Part shown: positions 1-10,721 of the stretch, one piece after another
Layout: the number at the start of each line of letters is the position of its first letter
Numbering within the stretch: position 1 is the first letter of the stretch
DNA from: Dicyema japonicum
Lineage: Eukaryota; Animalia; Dicyemida
Length of the DNA: 45,269 nt
Reading direction: 5' to 3'
Assembly: GCA_011109175.1 (NCBI GenBank)
Contig: RDEW01000002.1
Location: 2,021,452-2,066,720, forward strand
Notes under the pieces: generated by a model
Databases searched by the model: none
What the model saw: the letters and a program-made list of their open reading frames with translations, nothing else
Told to the model about the DNA's origin: nothing
Program-made: the position numbers and the translations under genes

Positions 1-249
1 CCCCCTAATATGCTCCAGCGCCCTTGTTAAGAACCACTGATCTATATCATCGAAAAATCCTTACCAACGGAAATTTTATGTTTCTTGGACAACCTGTGAA
101 AATTAAGAAAGTGCTTTTTTGAGCATTTTACTATCGTTAAACATATTTTACAAATTAACTCATGATCATGTAATTGAAATTCTCTTGGAAATTTGTTAAC
201 AATTAATGTTGCTTTAGTCAGAGAAAACTTAGAAATAAAGTAGACTTAG

Positions 250-1140
250 AAATCTTCCAGGGGTTATTCACTATCAATTTCTCGTTCTATTTTCTCCTTT
301 GCTGCAAGTCTTCTGAAATAGTTCCCGACCGCAATGGAGCGGATTCCCCATTGGGTTTTTTGAAAGCAAGTAGCCTTGCGGAGAAGAGCAATTCTCTGGC
401 ATTTTCTGGGATGTCGACGTTAACCATTTTTTTCTGATTAGTTCCGTAATTGATTCTACAAGACAGCGTCCAGATTCGAGGTGTAAGTGAACGTAAGGTC
501 CTTAATATGCCAGGACGTAACCCTTCTAAGCCTCCGCCGCTGCTAGCCGCGAAGAAAGTTATTCCGTGGCGCACTTCGGATTCAGTAATGATGATCTCCT
601 GGGTTCCTTTAGGATTCAAAAACTTTTCATAGTCAGTCGGTGCCTCTGGGTGCTTCAGTATCAAGGTATTCAGGACCTCGGGGGTACAAGACAATACTGT
701 GTCATCGGACGTGATAACCCGTAAGGCTGCCCACACGCCGCCTTCCAGAAGTTTCCGGTTTACTCTCTCCTTTAGTTTGTTGGGGACATCTTTAGTGTAT
801 GTTCCTCTGGTTTCAACCTCATTGACATTAAGTGGCTGTTCAAGTACTGCGTGTATGCTATGACTGCTAAAATTCATTATGCTTTGTTTCAGTTTCCCGG
901 ATAAGTTGAGCCGGGAGTTTGTTTCTTTATTATTGGCCTCAGATTTCGTTGTAGGTATTCCGAGTGCGACAGGGCAAAGCATATAAGTTTTAGCCAGGAT
1001 TCCCAACTGTCAGAGAGCAGTACGTGATCAATGGCATCTGAAAGACACGATGCTGCGGCAATTCTTACTCCATTAGGGATTTTTACTGGGATCTTCCTGG
1101 CTTTCCGAAGGTTCGAGATCTTCAAGAGAGTGTGGTCAGT
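250..1140 (-). mobile_element. CRE-clade non-LTR retrotransposon remnant (region upstream of the RT core), frameshifted and truncated
   Basis: Translates to LRKARKIPVKIP...AAASCLS...W and LKERVNRKLLEG...AALRV...TPEVL...KHP...GLRPG...FSARLLAFKKP; clearly homologous to the longer element at 38040-41130. Confidence 0.8.
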
Positions 1141-1611
1141 ATGTGGCAGTGTAAAGTTTGGCTGAGCTATTTTTTGTGTTAAAAAGTTAATTTTTTTACT
1201 TATAAAATTATTTTAAAAAGATATTTAAAATTAAGATACATGGCGGATTCATTAAAAAATCTGGCGGATTCGAAAAATTTTGTTAGAAAAAATGGCGGAT
1301 TAGAGAATTTATTACTTATAATTGGCGAATTCGAGAGACTTTACTGTACGTGACATACAAAAAAACGAGTATATGCTTTTTATTATGCATTTAATAGTAA
1401 AATAATAATTTGTTGAGATAATTTAAAAAAAATAAATTTAAAAAAATTTAACCCTACGATTTATTTTTATAACTAGCGAGAATCTCCGCACAACAGAAAC
1501 ACACTCTACAGCCGATAGTTCGCTGGTAGAGTATTACAATAGCCATCCAAATTTAATAGTTGAAATCGAAATCTCTCTTAAACTTCTTACTTTTTCCAAC
1601 TAGTAATTTTT

Positions 1612-1770
1612 AATTAATAAAAAAAACCTTTTTCCTTTTATGGGACCCTGATGCTCTCTTGCTTTATGTGGAGATCAGAGTTTTGATGGTAAATCCAAAT
1701 TGACTCTTCACTATATAATCGGTCACTTCACTGTCGTATTAACTTTATATATAATCGATTAATTATCTGA
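1612..1770 (-). repeat. Dispersed repeat, copy 1 of 3 (purine tract on minus strand)
   Basis: Shares cctttttccttttatggga-cctga...tgactcttca with 3116-3270 and 6421-6575. Confidence 0.6.
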
Positions 1771-2411
1771 TCTTGATACTGTCATTCTTGAAAAGATTTT
1801 TTTTGGCTTAGGTCCGCACTTTCTGAAGAATTAATAGAACTTCTCAGGTGAAAAGGGAACGAATTCTATCGAATATGAAAAGGACAATATCTCCAACTAT
1901 GTACTACTATCTATTGTAGAAAATCGGGAGATTGAATAATTAAGATCTCTCCACGTGGGTGTCTACATCGTATTAAATGTTTTACTAGAAATTAACAAAA
2001 GGAATCCAAAAGACACATACAGATTCGAACGCGTGGAGATTTCCAAAAAATTGATTTTGAAAAGGTAGGTTTCTTATTTCAATAAATATCACTGATATAA
2101 CATCGTTCCACGAGAGCTAAAAATCTAACCAAAAAATGTATCCTTGTTACCGATTCTTTGACTTTCAGAAGAAATCTTGATGAAATCGAAGATGCATCAA
2201 TTCCTTATAAAAATGACAGTCTTTAGCTCCATAGCACATTAAAAAAGTTATCCGACAAATTAAGTAATCAAATATTCGTTCGATGAAAGTAATGTATCTA
2301 CCATGTTTTTCCGTGCACATCTCCAATCTTCATTTTTGAAAATATTATCGGTTAGATCAAAACCTTGTTTCTATTTGATTCTCCAATACCGACTCACATA
2401 AGAGTGCTAAC

Positions 2412-2598
2412 CACTCAACAAGCCTTCCTACATTGAATAAGACGTGTCTACCTCTGGTGGATTCGACTCCCTCCACTTCCGGGATTTCAACGCAGAAAGC
2501 TTGTAAACACTCAACAAGCCTTCCTACATTGAATAAGACGTGTCTACCTCTGGTGGATTCGACTCCCTCCACTTCCGGGATTTCAACGCAGAAAACTT
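2412..2598. repeat. 96-bp near-perfect tandem duplication
   Basis: cactcaacaagccttcc...caacgcagaaa starts at 2412 and again at 2508. Confidence 0.85.
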
Positions 2599-3115
2599 GA
2601 GAAAACGGTACCGTAATTCCCTAGAAACCAGCTCTGTCTTCTGAGTTGAATCTGAGTTTTCTAAAAAGTCCTGTTTTGTAATACTTAAGAAGATTCTTAA
2701 AACCAAAAATGTGAGAACATTGTCTTCCCATTTGTTTCCTTTCGTAATCCAAGGATCTATAAACTCGGAATATTTCAGTTTATTCCAACGTGAAAGATTA
2801 AGTTGTTTTCTCCAGAAGGTGAGTTACATGTCTGGTTGGGGAGGTGAATTGATGACAAATCGAAGGTTCATGGAAATTGATACGGTTGCCAAAAGTTGCT
2901 TGGTTCTTTTCGACATTACTTGAAACACGTGGAAATGTGAAATGATAAAAGCTTTTTCGTTGAAAACTTGAAAGTTTGCTGGCGGTAGGAAATTCGAGTT
3001 AGCGCAGAAATCCAATAAATTGAATAGCGATAATGTTTAAAATAGTTTATTTCTATAATAATTTTAATTATAAAAAATCAACGATTAATTGGTTTCGCTT
3101 AAAAAATATTTTCAA

Positions 3116-3270
3116 ATTAAAAAATATCCCTTTTTCCTTTTATGGGATCCTGAAGCCCCTTTTTCATTAGATGGTGTATCAATCTTTAAGGATTGCCACC
3201 AGCTGACTCTTCAGCCAATCGGGCAATTACTTGTGTTTATTATATTTTAATTATACAAATCAATAATTTT
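3116..3270 (-). repeat. Dispersed repeat, copy 2 of 3
   Basis: atccctttttccttttatgggatcctga...ctgactcttcagccaatcgggcaatt. Confidence 0.65.
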
Positions 3271-3799
3271 TAAGATTTTCACGTGTCATCATGTATGTCT
3301 TTTTTCCCAAAAGCAAAAACAAATTCTTGTAGCCCTCCTACTGAAGCAATTAATGAAAATACAGTTCCTGAAGTTGGACGACTTGCTCCAGAATTGCATG
3401 AATTCTCAGGACCTTGTAGTACGGCTTTTTTCTAATCTTCTTGTTTCCAATCACTTCTTTCTTCTTAAGGATGTGATGGCTAGTGTTGACCACTCACACA
3501 AATGCGAATGGGCAACTGAAGCTGCTAAATGTTCCAAAGCCAGGTTTGGAAGGATCCCTCGTGAAGGATTGCAAGTGACTTGCTGACTTCTTCATTCCCC
3601 TTCTCCACTCATAAAGGAATATCCAATATCAAGAAACTGCTTAAAGCAGAGAAAGGAAGGGTTAATTTAAATGATGGTCAGTCCACAAAATTTCCCAAAA
3701 GCTCAGTGAGCGAAATCTGTATATATTGAAAATGTGTGGAGGCTCTGAATGTTCAAATCAATGGGTACGATCTAGTCTACAGGATGCAAGAGTTCCTAC

Positions 3800-4080
3800 T
3801 CTGAAGATCCCGTTCAAATTGGTCAAAGGTGATGTGCTTAATGGATTGAATGTTGCGATAGCCAATTATACTGCTGTGCACCTCCCCCCTGACCTCAACG
3901 AGACAACGGACATAATTTATACAGGGCAGCGAACATACGATGAATTAACATTGAGGATCTCACAGCAAGCTCGTGGAAAGTACAGGAAATAAAATCTCCG
4001 AGCTTAAAGATAACCTTTCCCTTCTCAGTACGTTTAAAGATAAAAAAGAACTAAGAAGGAGATGATGGACATCTTGACAC
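3800..4080 (+). mobile_element. Possible R4/Dong-like LINE N-terminal remnant
   Basis: DIIYTGQRTYDELT weakly resembles the IY-AQ--Y motif upstream of the RT in R4-like elements; related RT fragments lie nearby. Confidence 0.25.
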
Positions 4081-4189
4081 CTTATGGATAAAAAAATCGA
4101 AGAAAGGGTTCCAATTCAAAATGGCCTTTTTCAAAATGGCCTCAAATTAATTTTTTCAGGTTTTGGATAAGTTCAATAATCATCAAGAG

Positions 4190-5690
4190 ATATTTCACCA
4201 AGGTCCTCGACATCTTTAAATAATAAGTCATCTTTTTTAAATCTTATAAAAATTGATTTTAAGGGGTCCTATGGGTAAGTGGAACATTTCACCAAGGTCC
4301 TCGACATCTTTAGGTAAAAAAGTCATCTTTTTTACAAATCTATCGTTAATTTTAAATCACATTTTCCTATTTATATGTTCATTATTTATGTCGTTGAAAA
4401 TTCCTAATTCCAATATTTTTTTATTATTATGGTACATGCACCAATTTATCCGTGCGTTTGGAAATGACTTTTGAAAAGAGTTTATTGCTCCTTTTTCAAT
4501 TCTGAGACAATAACTTTTGGTTCTAAATCCGGAATGAGACGTTTAATTATTAGAAGCATTGTGTCATATTCATTTTCAGTTTTTGATGTTAAAAGACAGA
4601 ATATTATCGGAAATATCAACCATATTTGTCTCAACATCAGTAATATACCAATATTTTGGCGAAAACTGTACCCAAACTGATAGAATCTATGCCCACAACT
4701 ATAGTTCTTGATGGACTTGTGTGCTAAGAAGACCCGTCATCAGTGTCCGTGAAATAGGAAATTGAATACACTTAATTATTTGTTTATTGATAACTTCAGT
4801 TTCGGTTTATTGGGAATTAATAAAAATTTGGTTAGAAGACACATTATAAATATTAATAGTCTGTTATAAATAGAAAGTTATTTTTAGAATGACATGCTGC
4901 CTGATAGTTTCGACTACTGCGCTGGTGACTGTACCTTTCCCGGTGTGGGTATTGAGATAGTTGGCTGGCTAGCCCACCCATAGGGCTTATGCCTGCTTCT
5001 TAAAAAAAGCGAAGAGGGTGCTTTGGTTTATATTATTGGTATCGTTCGTGTACGTTTTATAAGATCCCTAGTTCGAATCCCATTTGGTGATTTTAAATAT
5101 AACTGACCAAAATTGTTTTAACGCTGTTAAAATCATGATCATTCGATCACCTCTTTGAAAAATATAACAGCTTTATCGAATAATTAATTACAAGATTACC
5201 CACATTGCAAGTTTAGTCCGGCAGGCTATAACGGAACTTTTATGGACAAATTAATCATATTTTAAGTGAATATAATTCTAAAAAACAATCAATAATGTAA
5301 TTAAATTAACACAGGCAACCATCTAAAGTGGACTCTGCTGACATTATCGACGTTGCGTTGCCTCTCACGATTGCAACAGAGATCAACTGGAGAATCCACC
5401 GGGTCTCACTTGCATCGTGGCTTTTTAATGTAGCTTCCTTAGAAAGCGAAGCGATTTTACACTTATTCCTCCAGTTGTCTCGACCATAAAAAAACCGACG
5501 TATTCATAAGTTTTACCATTTTGTTTCACTTACCCACAGGACCCCTTAAAATCAATTTTTATAAAATTTAAAAAAGATGACTTTTATACCTAAAGATTTC
5601 GAGGACCTTGGTAAAATGTTCCATTTACCAATAGGACTTGTTTAAATCAATTTTTATAAGATTTAAAAAGATGACTTTTTTACTTCCTCC
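4190..5690 (-). mobile_element. Mutator-like (MULE) element remnant with foldback-type inverted repeats built from ~88-bp subunits
   Basis: 4190-4345 and 5525-5690 are inverted copies (accaaggtcctcga-atcttta...aagtcatctttt...aattgattttaaggggtcct); internal minus strand gives FCLLTSKTENEYDTML...PKVIVSE/KGAINSFQKSFPNARINWCMYH, a MULE DDE-region motif. Confidence 0.65.
5338..5490 (-). mobile_element. CRE-like retrotransposon 3' end (5'-truncated), nested in the MULE
   Basis: VETTGGISVKSLRFLRKL...LQLISVAIVRGNATSIMS, the RLE C-terminal motif; sister copy at 13485-13655. Confidence 0.7.
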
Positions 5691-5829
5691 CCAACTTTTT
5701 GTTTTAGTCAGGGATTCTTTAAGCAAAATTTTAAATAATAAATTTCCAAAATTGTCCATATTTCAAAATAATTCATAATTGATGACGTATTCAACCAATC
5801 AGATACTTTTTATTGATGATCTAAAAATA

Positions 5830-6120
5830 TTTACTGAGAAGGGAGATACAATGGTGAAGATGATAAATGAGATTGATGAGTATTTCAACTTAAGAGGAGT
5901 ATTGAGAAGTCTGTTACTAATTTGAGATGTATGAAAGATGTGAAATCTCTGGATGGGCCTGAAGGCTATCGCTACCTCGGAGTGTTAGAAGACAAAGGAA
6001 GTAATGTCATGAAACACGAAGTTTTAAATACTATTGCTGAAAATGTGAGAAAAGGGATAATAAAAATGTGAGAAAAAAGATATACTATTGCTGAAAATGT
6101 GAAAAAGGGTACATACTAAG
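5830..6120 (+). mobile_element. R4/Dong-like RT fragment (domain 7 region)
   Basis: LDGPEGYRYLGVLEDKGSNVMKHEVLNTIAENVRKRIIKM. Confidence 0.6.
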
Positions 6121-6420
6121 CTTATCTCAAAAAACGTTGAGAGCATGTTGGTGGAGTTTAAGTATGGGGTCCACACGATCGAAGAAAATCTGATTACAGC
6201 AACTAATCACCTGGTGAAGTTGGAAGCCTAGTACAATAACATTCCAGGTAACCTGAGTGTGGTGGAAACGGATAGGGTCCAGGTCAACGACTCCTCTTCT
6301 AAGAAGAGAGAGGTCTAGGAGCGATTACTAATTTTGATGTAATTGTTTCCTGCAAAAATAAAACTCGTTTTTTAATGTAAATCATTAATTAATTTGTTTT
6401 TCTTAAAATATATTTTATCA

Positions 6421-6575
6421 TTAATAAAATATCCCTTTTTCCTTTTAGTGGGATCCTGACATGCCTTTTTTCCTTTATTGGAATATCAGTATTTCATGTC
6501 CACCACCAACTGACTCTTCAGCCAATTTGGCAATTTTTTGCGTTTATTATATTTTAATTATATAAATCAATAATT
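6421..6575 (-). repeat. Dispersed repeat, copy 3 of 3
   Basis: atccctttttccttttagtgggatcctga...ctgactcttcagccaatttggcaatt. Confidence 0.65.
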
Positions 6576-6599
6576 AAGGTGTCTTATTATTAAATTACT

Positions 6600-6950
6600 C
6601 ACAAATTTTTGCTTTTCTGAACACGTTTTCATCATCTTCTATTGGTTCCGTTCTGGAACAGGACACCCTCTGAAATGTGATATTCATTCTTCTCGGAATC
6701 GATCTGATTGCAATATCTTCAAGATTATTAACAGAATTCAAGGAATACTATCAGGACCACACGTATAGAGCTTCTTAATTGATCTATTCTTGTGTAACCT
6801 GATCGTGACTAATGAGTTCTATACATGAGGTTATTTTAGACTTCAAGGCATCTCATATCAATTTCTTTTAAACCCGGGACTACTATTTTGTTGTATAGTA
6901 TGGGTGATGTAATTCAATCGCTATTGATGTCGTCTTCCTCTGTCGTGAGT
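6600..6950 (-). mobile_element. Degraded LINE RT-upstream fragment
   Basis: KKLYTCGPDSIP*ILL resembles the K-SPGPD-IP motif before LINE RT domains. Confidence 0.35.
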
Positions 6951-7179
6951 CCATATCTGGCAATTTCCTTTCAGATAAGTTAACAAGTAACACAGGAAGT
7001 AAATTCCTTCGTTTCTGCAGAAAATAAAAAAACTGTGTCCTCATCTAGTTGATGACCGCCACTTTCCTGCAGCAAAATTAACATATTTTTTAGTTAAAAA
7101 TTAAACATTTTTGCCTAAAGTTTTGGAATGATATTTGGGATAAGAAAACACTTCCAGATACTGAAATTAGCATCACTAA

Positions 7180-7500
7180 ACGGATTGCTGGAGCTGAGAT
7201 GTATCCAGCAGTATTTGATGAGGAATATATTTTGGAGATCGTTAAACAATTGCCTAATTGGAGAGCTTGTAGGGTGATGGACTAAGTGATTTTGTTGACA
7301 CATTCCATATAATTTCAGATAACCAACTAGTAAAGAGAAAAATGTGTCAGGGTGCTAAGAAACAAGCCTTAATAAATCAGTGTATTTACCGGGAATTTGA
7401 CAACCCTATATATTCAGCATGGATAGACGTCCAAAAAGCGTTTGACTCAGTAAGCCATGAATTTCTATTTAAAATTTTGGGCTGCTGTGGACTTTCTTGT
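7180..7500 (+). mobile_element. R4/Dong-like RT fragment (domains 0-3)
   Basis: IVKQLPNWRA and CQGAKKQALINQCI...SAWIDVQKAFDSVSHEFLFKIL. Confidence 0.7.
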
Positions 7501-7849
7501 TCAATAGAGATTTGTTCCAGAATAGTGTCTCCTTCGCAAAGAGAAGATTTAAACGGAGTGACATCGGTGAACAAAAGACCCTCTTTAACAAACGTCAATA
7601 ATCCTCCATCGCGACTTCTTGTCCGGTCCATTCTAAGTATATTGTAACCAGGAAAGCGTGAAATGGCGACTGACATAAGAACATAGCTCCAGCACTTTAT
7701 TACGGATTCCATTGACATTGAGTTGAAGAATGACCAACGTGGAACCAGGACCAGGGTTAGGTTTGATGTCACTAGCTTGGAGTAGAAAATTGAAGTTGGT
7801 AGGCCACCCTTCAAAGGACGTAGAGAGGTGGAGAAGTTCAAACGGTTCT
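7500..7849 (-). mobile_element. APE-type LINE ORF2 N-terminus with a 2A/StopGo-like motif followed by the endonuclease start
   Basis: TNFNFLLQASDIKPNPGP-GSTLVILQLNVNGIRNK, then after a frameshift FPGYNILRMDRTRSRDGGLLTFVKEGL. Confidence 0.75.
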
Positions 7850-7857
7850 CTTTAGTG

Positions 7858-9190
7858 GAGGGGTGTCAAACAAGCGACCCGCGAGCCTCATGTGCAACAG
7901 TACTGTTTAGTAGAGTTCGTTAAATGCTACCGTGCAGCCCGATTTGATGATATAAAACAAAATATTTTAATTTTNGTTCTGTCTCTGGTTTCCCAGCCTT
8001 CAATATCGGTCTGATGATAGAATTCTTCCAAATCTTGGGAATAATATTAAAGTTAATAGACAGGTTGTATATATGCGTGATGTAGTCAATTGCGTAGTGG
8101 CTTAGGTGTTTTAGGTGAATAAAAGATACTTTGTCAGGCCCGCACGCCCGTGAGCTCTTTAATCTGGTGATCACATCCAAGACTTGGTCATCTGTGAATA
8201 GTTCGTGATAAGGTTCCTTCTTCGGTTTATGGGCACGCACCTTAATGTCCAGGTGTTTCGAGAATAGTTTGAAGCTAATTCCAGCGTAATGTTTCATAAG
8301 GATGTTAGGATGTAGGTTGCATAAGTGTTCAGGAGAAGACTTTCCGGTTCCGTCTGCATCATCCAGCTCCGACTTGACTTGTTTAAGAGTTTTATAAAAC
8401 AAAATATTTTAATTTTAATTATAAATATTTTTTTATTTTAATTATTTTTTTAATAGTGTTTGTAATTCTTGTTTGTGTTTTTTCTGGAACTAAAAAACGG
8501 TGTTTGAAAGATGAAGAGAGTGTTTCAAAAATTGTACAATGATTGATAAAAAAATACATTGATATGTAACCAGTTTATCGCTATACCGAAAGAATACAAC
8601 TTAAAAGGGCATTACCATTCAATCATAGATTATACGATTATTTCGAAGGTACTAAGTTGTTTATTAACCAATAAGGTCCAATGCGTGTTTCAAAGCTTAA
8701 TGAATTACGAAATAATATGACTTCGTCACAGGCTCATTTCACAAAAATTCACAATCGAAGTTCTGCATTACTTACTGCAAGCTTTGAAATCAGCAGAATG
8801 TTAGCAATGAATGGGAAATCATATTGTGATGGTGATTTCATCAAGCAATGTCTCGGGACTACACGAATAGTTGAGCCCGACATGTAAAAAATTGTATCCG
8901 AAAAAAGATGTCAATCCTCCGGGAGTTGCTCTAAATGGGAAATCATATTGTGATGGTGATTTCATAAAGCAATGTCTCGGGACTACACGAATGGTTGAAC
9001 CCGACATATAAAAAATTGTATCCGAAAAAAGATGTCAATCCTCCGGAAGTTGCTCTAAACACGATTAGAAGATGGTGATTACATATTTAGTTTTCCCTTA
9101 TTTTTGGTTTTTCACTAAAATAAATAATCTTTCATTGATGAAAAATTATTATAAAATGCGGCCCTCGAAGCTGTGAGTTTGACACCCCTG
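7858..9190 (+). mobile_element. hAT (Buster/SPIN, GTF2IRD2-like) DNA transposon, internally deleted
   Basis: 14-bp TIRs (G/C)AGGGGTGTCAAAC at 7858-7871 and 9177-9190; exact 8-bp TSD CTTTAGTG at 7850-7857 and 9191-9198; transposase remnants PKEYNLKGHY and ASFEISRMLAMNGKSYCDGDFIKQC. Confidence 0.9.
7976..8390 (-). mobile_element. APE-type LINE fragment (pre-RT region) nested in the hAT element
   Basis: LKSSRACGPDKVSFIHLKHL...YNLSINFNIIPKIWKNSIIRPILKAGKP. Confidence 0.8.
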
Positions 9191-10120
9191 CTTTAGTGCA
9201 TAACTTGCACCGGGCGCCACCACAACAACAGGTGAAGCGCATGCCGCCACGCTAAAATTCACGATAGAAATGGGCAGATAATTAAAAATACCAGAATTGA
9301 TGAAGGTGGTTTTCTTCTAATCTCAGATACATGACTGCTTGGCCCTGCACAATGGAATTTGTCGANCTTTAGTGCATAACTTGCACCGGGCGCCACCACA
9401 ACAACAGGTGAAGCGCATGCCGCCACGCTAAAATTCACGATAGAAATGGGCAGATAATTAAAAATACCAGAATTGATGAAGGTTTTTCCTCTAATCTCAG
9501 ATACATGACTGCTTGGCCCTGCACAATGGAATTTGTCGAAACAATCGGACAACAGAAGCAGTCGATTGTGGAATCAAATATATATTAATTAGCAATTTTT
9601 CTAAAAAATAATCTAAAAATAATTATTTTTAATGATATTTTCAAACAAAAGAATAATTAAGATATTTAAATGTTTTGAACATTAAAAAGTAAATATAAGG
9701 TGACAAATCATAATAATGTTAAATGATTTTACTATTAGCTGTGACTCGTAAGTATAACTTTAACAATTTTAGTATTGACCAGTGGCTGCTTCGGATGTTA
9801 TTAGTGAAGTTTTTTAAAACTCCATACAATTACAATGGACATGCGTATTACCTTTCAGCATTAGACTGGTACTATGTGTACCACAGTTATTATTGCCACG
9901 CTTATAAATATTATCCTGTGCATATTGAAAATCAAGAAGAGAATGATGCTTTGAATAGTTTGAACTGTCTAGCAATTTTAGGCGTAGTCTATAGAGACAG
10001 ATGTATTGGCGTATGGAGATTGGGTTATGGAACAGTAATATTTTACGCTGATCACACATATTAAGCTATTGTACTATTCATTTAATAAAGCAGACATACT
10101 CCAATTGGGATTCTGCGTCT

Positions 10121-10716
10121 NNNNNNNNNNNNNNNNNNNNNNNNNNNNNNNNNNNNNNNNNNNNNNNNNNNNNNNNNNNNNNNNNNNNNNNNNNNNNNNN
10201 NNNNNNNNNNNNNNNNNNNNNNNNNNNNNNNNNNNNNNNNNNNNNNNNNNNNNNNNNNNNNNNNNNNNNNNNNNNNNNNNNNNNNNNNNNNNNNNNNNNN
10301 NNNNNNNNNNNNNNNNNNNNNNNNNNNNNNNNNNNNNNNNNNNNNNNNNNNNNNNNNNNNNNNNNNNNNNNNNNNNNNNNNNNNNNNNNNNNNNNNNNNN
10401 NNNNNNNNNNNNNNNNNNNNNNNNNNNNNNNNNNNNNNNNNNNNNNNNNNNNNNNNNNNNNNNNNNNNNNNNNNNNNNNNNNNNNNNNNNNNNNNNNNNN
10501 NNNNNNNNNNNNNNNNNNNNNNNNNNNNNNNNNNNNNNNNNNNNNNNNNNNNNNNNNNNNNNNNNNNNNNNNNNNNNNNNNNNNNNNNNNNNNNNNNNNN
10601 NNNNNNNNNNNNNNNNNNNNNNNNNNNNNNNNNNNNNNNNNNNNNNNNNNNNNNNNNNNNNNNNNNNNNNNNNNNNNNNNNNNNNNNNNNNNNNNNNNNN
10701 NNNNNNNNNNNNNNNN
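10121..10716. other. Assembly gap (N run)
   Basis: Run of N; other gaps at 31456-31463, 33612-34553 and 36790-36917. Confidence 1.
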
Positions 10717-10721
10717 AGACT

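Noticed and set aside
1240-1345. Four TGGCG(G/A)ATT subrepeats suggesting a transposon end
   Set aside because: No partner end, TSD or coding remnant found
2357-2600. CRISPR-like or peptide-repeat array (32-aa repeat ORF)
   Set aside because: Only two adjacent 96-bp units, no spacers, eukaryotic context
5030-5095. tRNA gene (GTTCGAATCCC B box)
   Set aside because: No convincing A box or cloverleaf; at most a decayed SINE head
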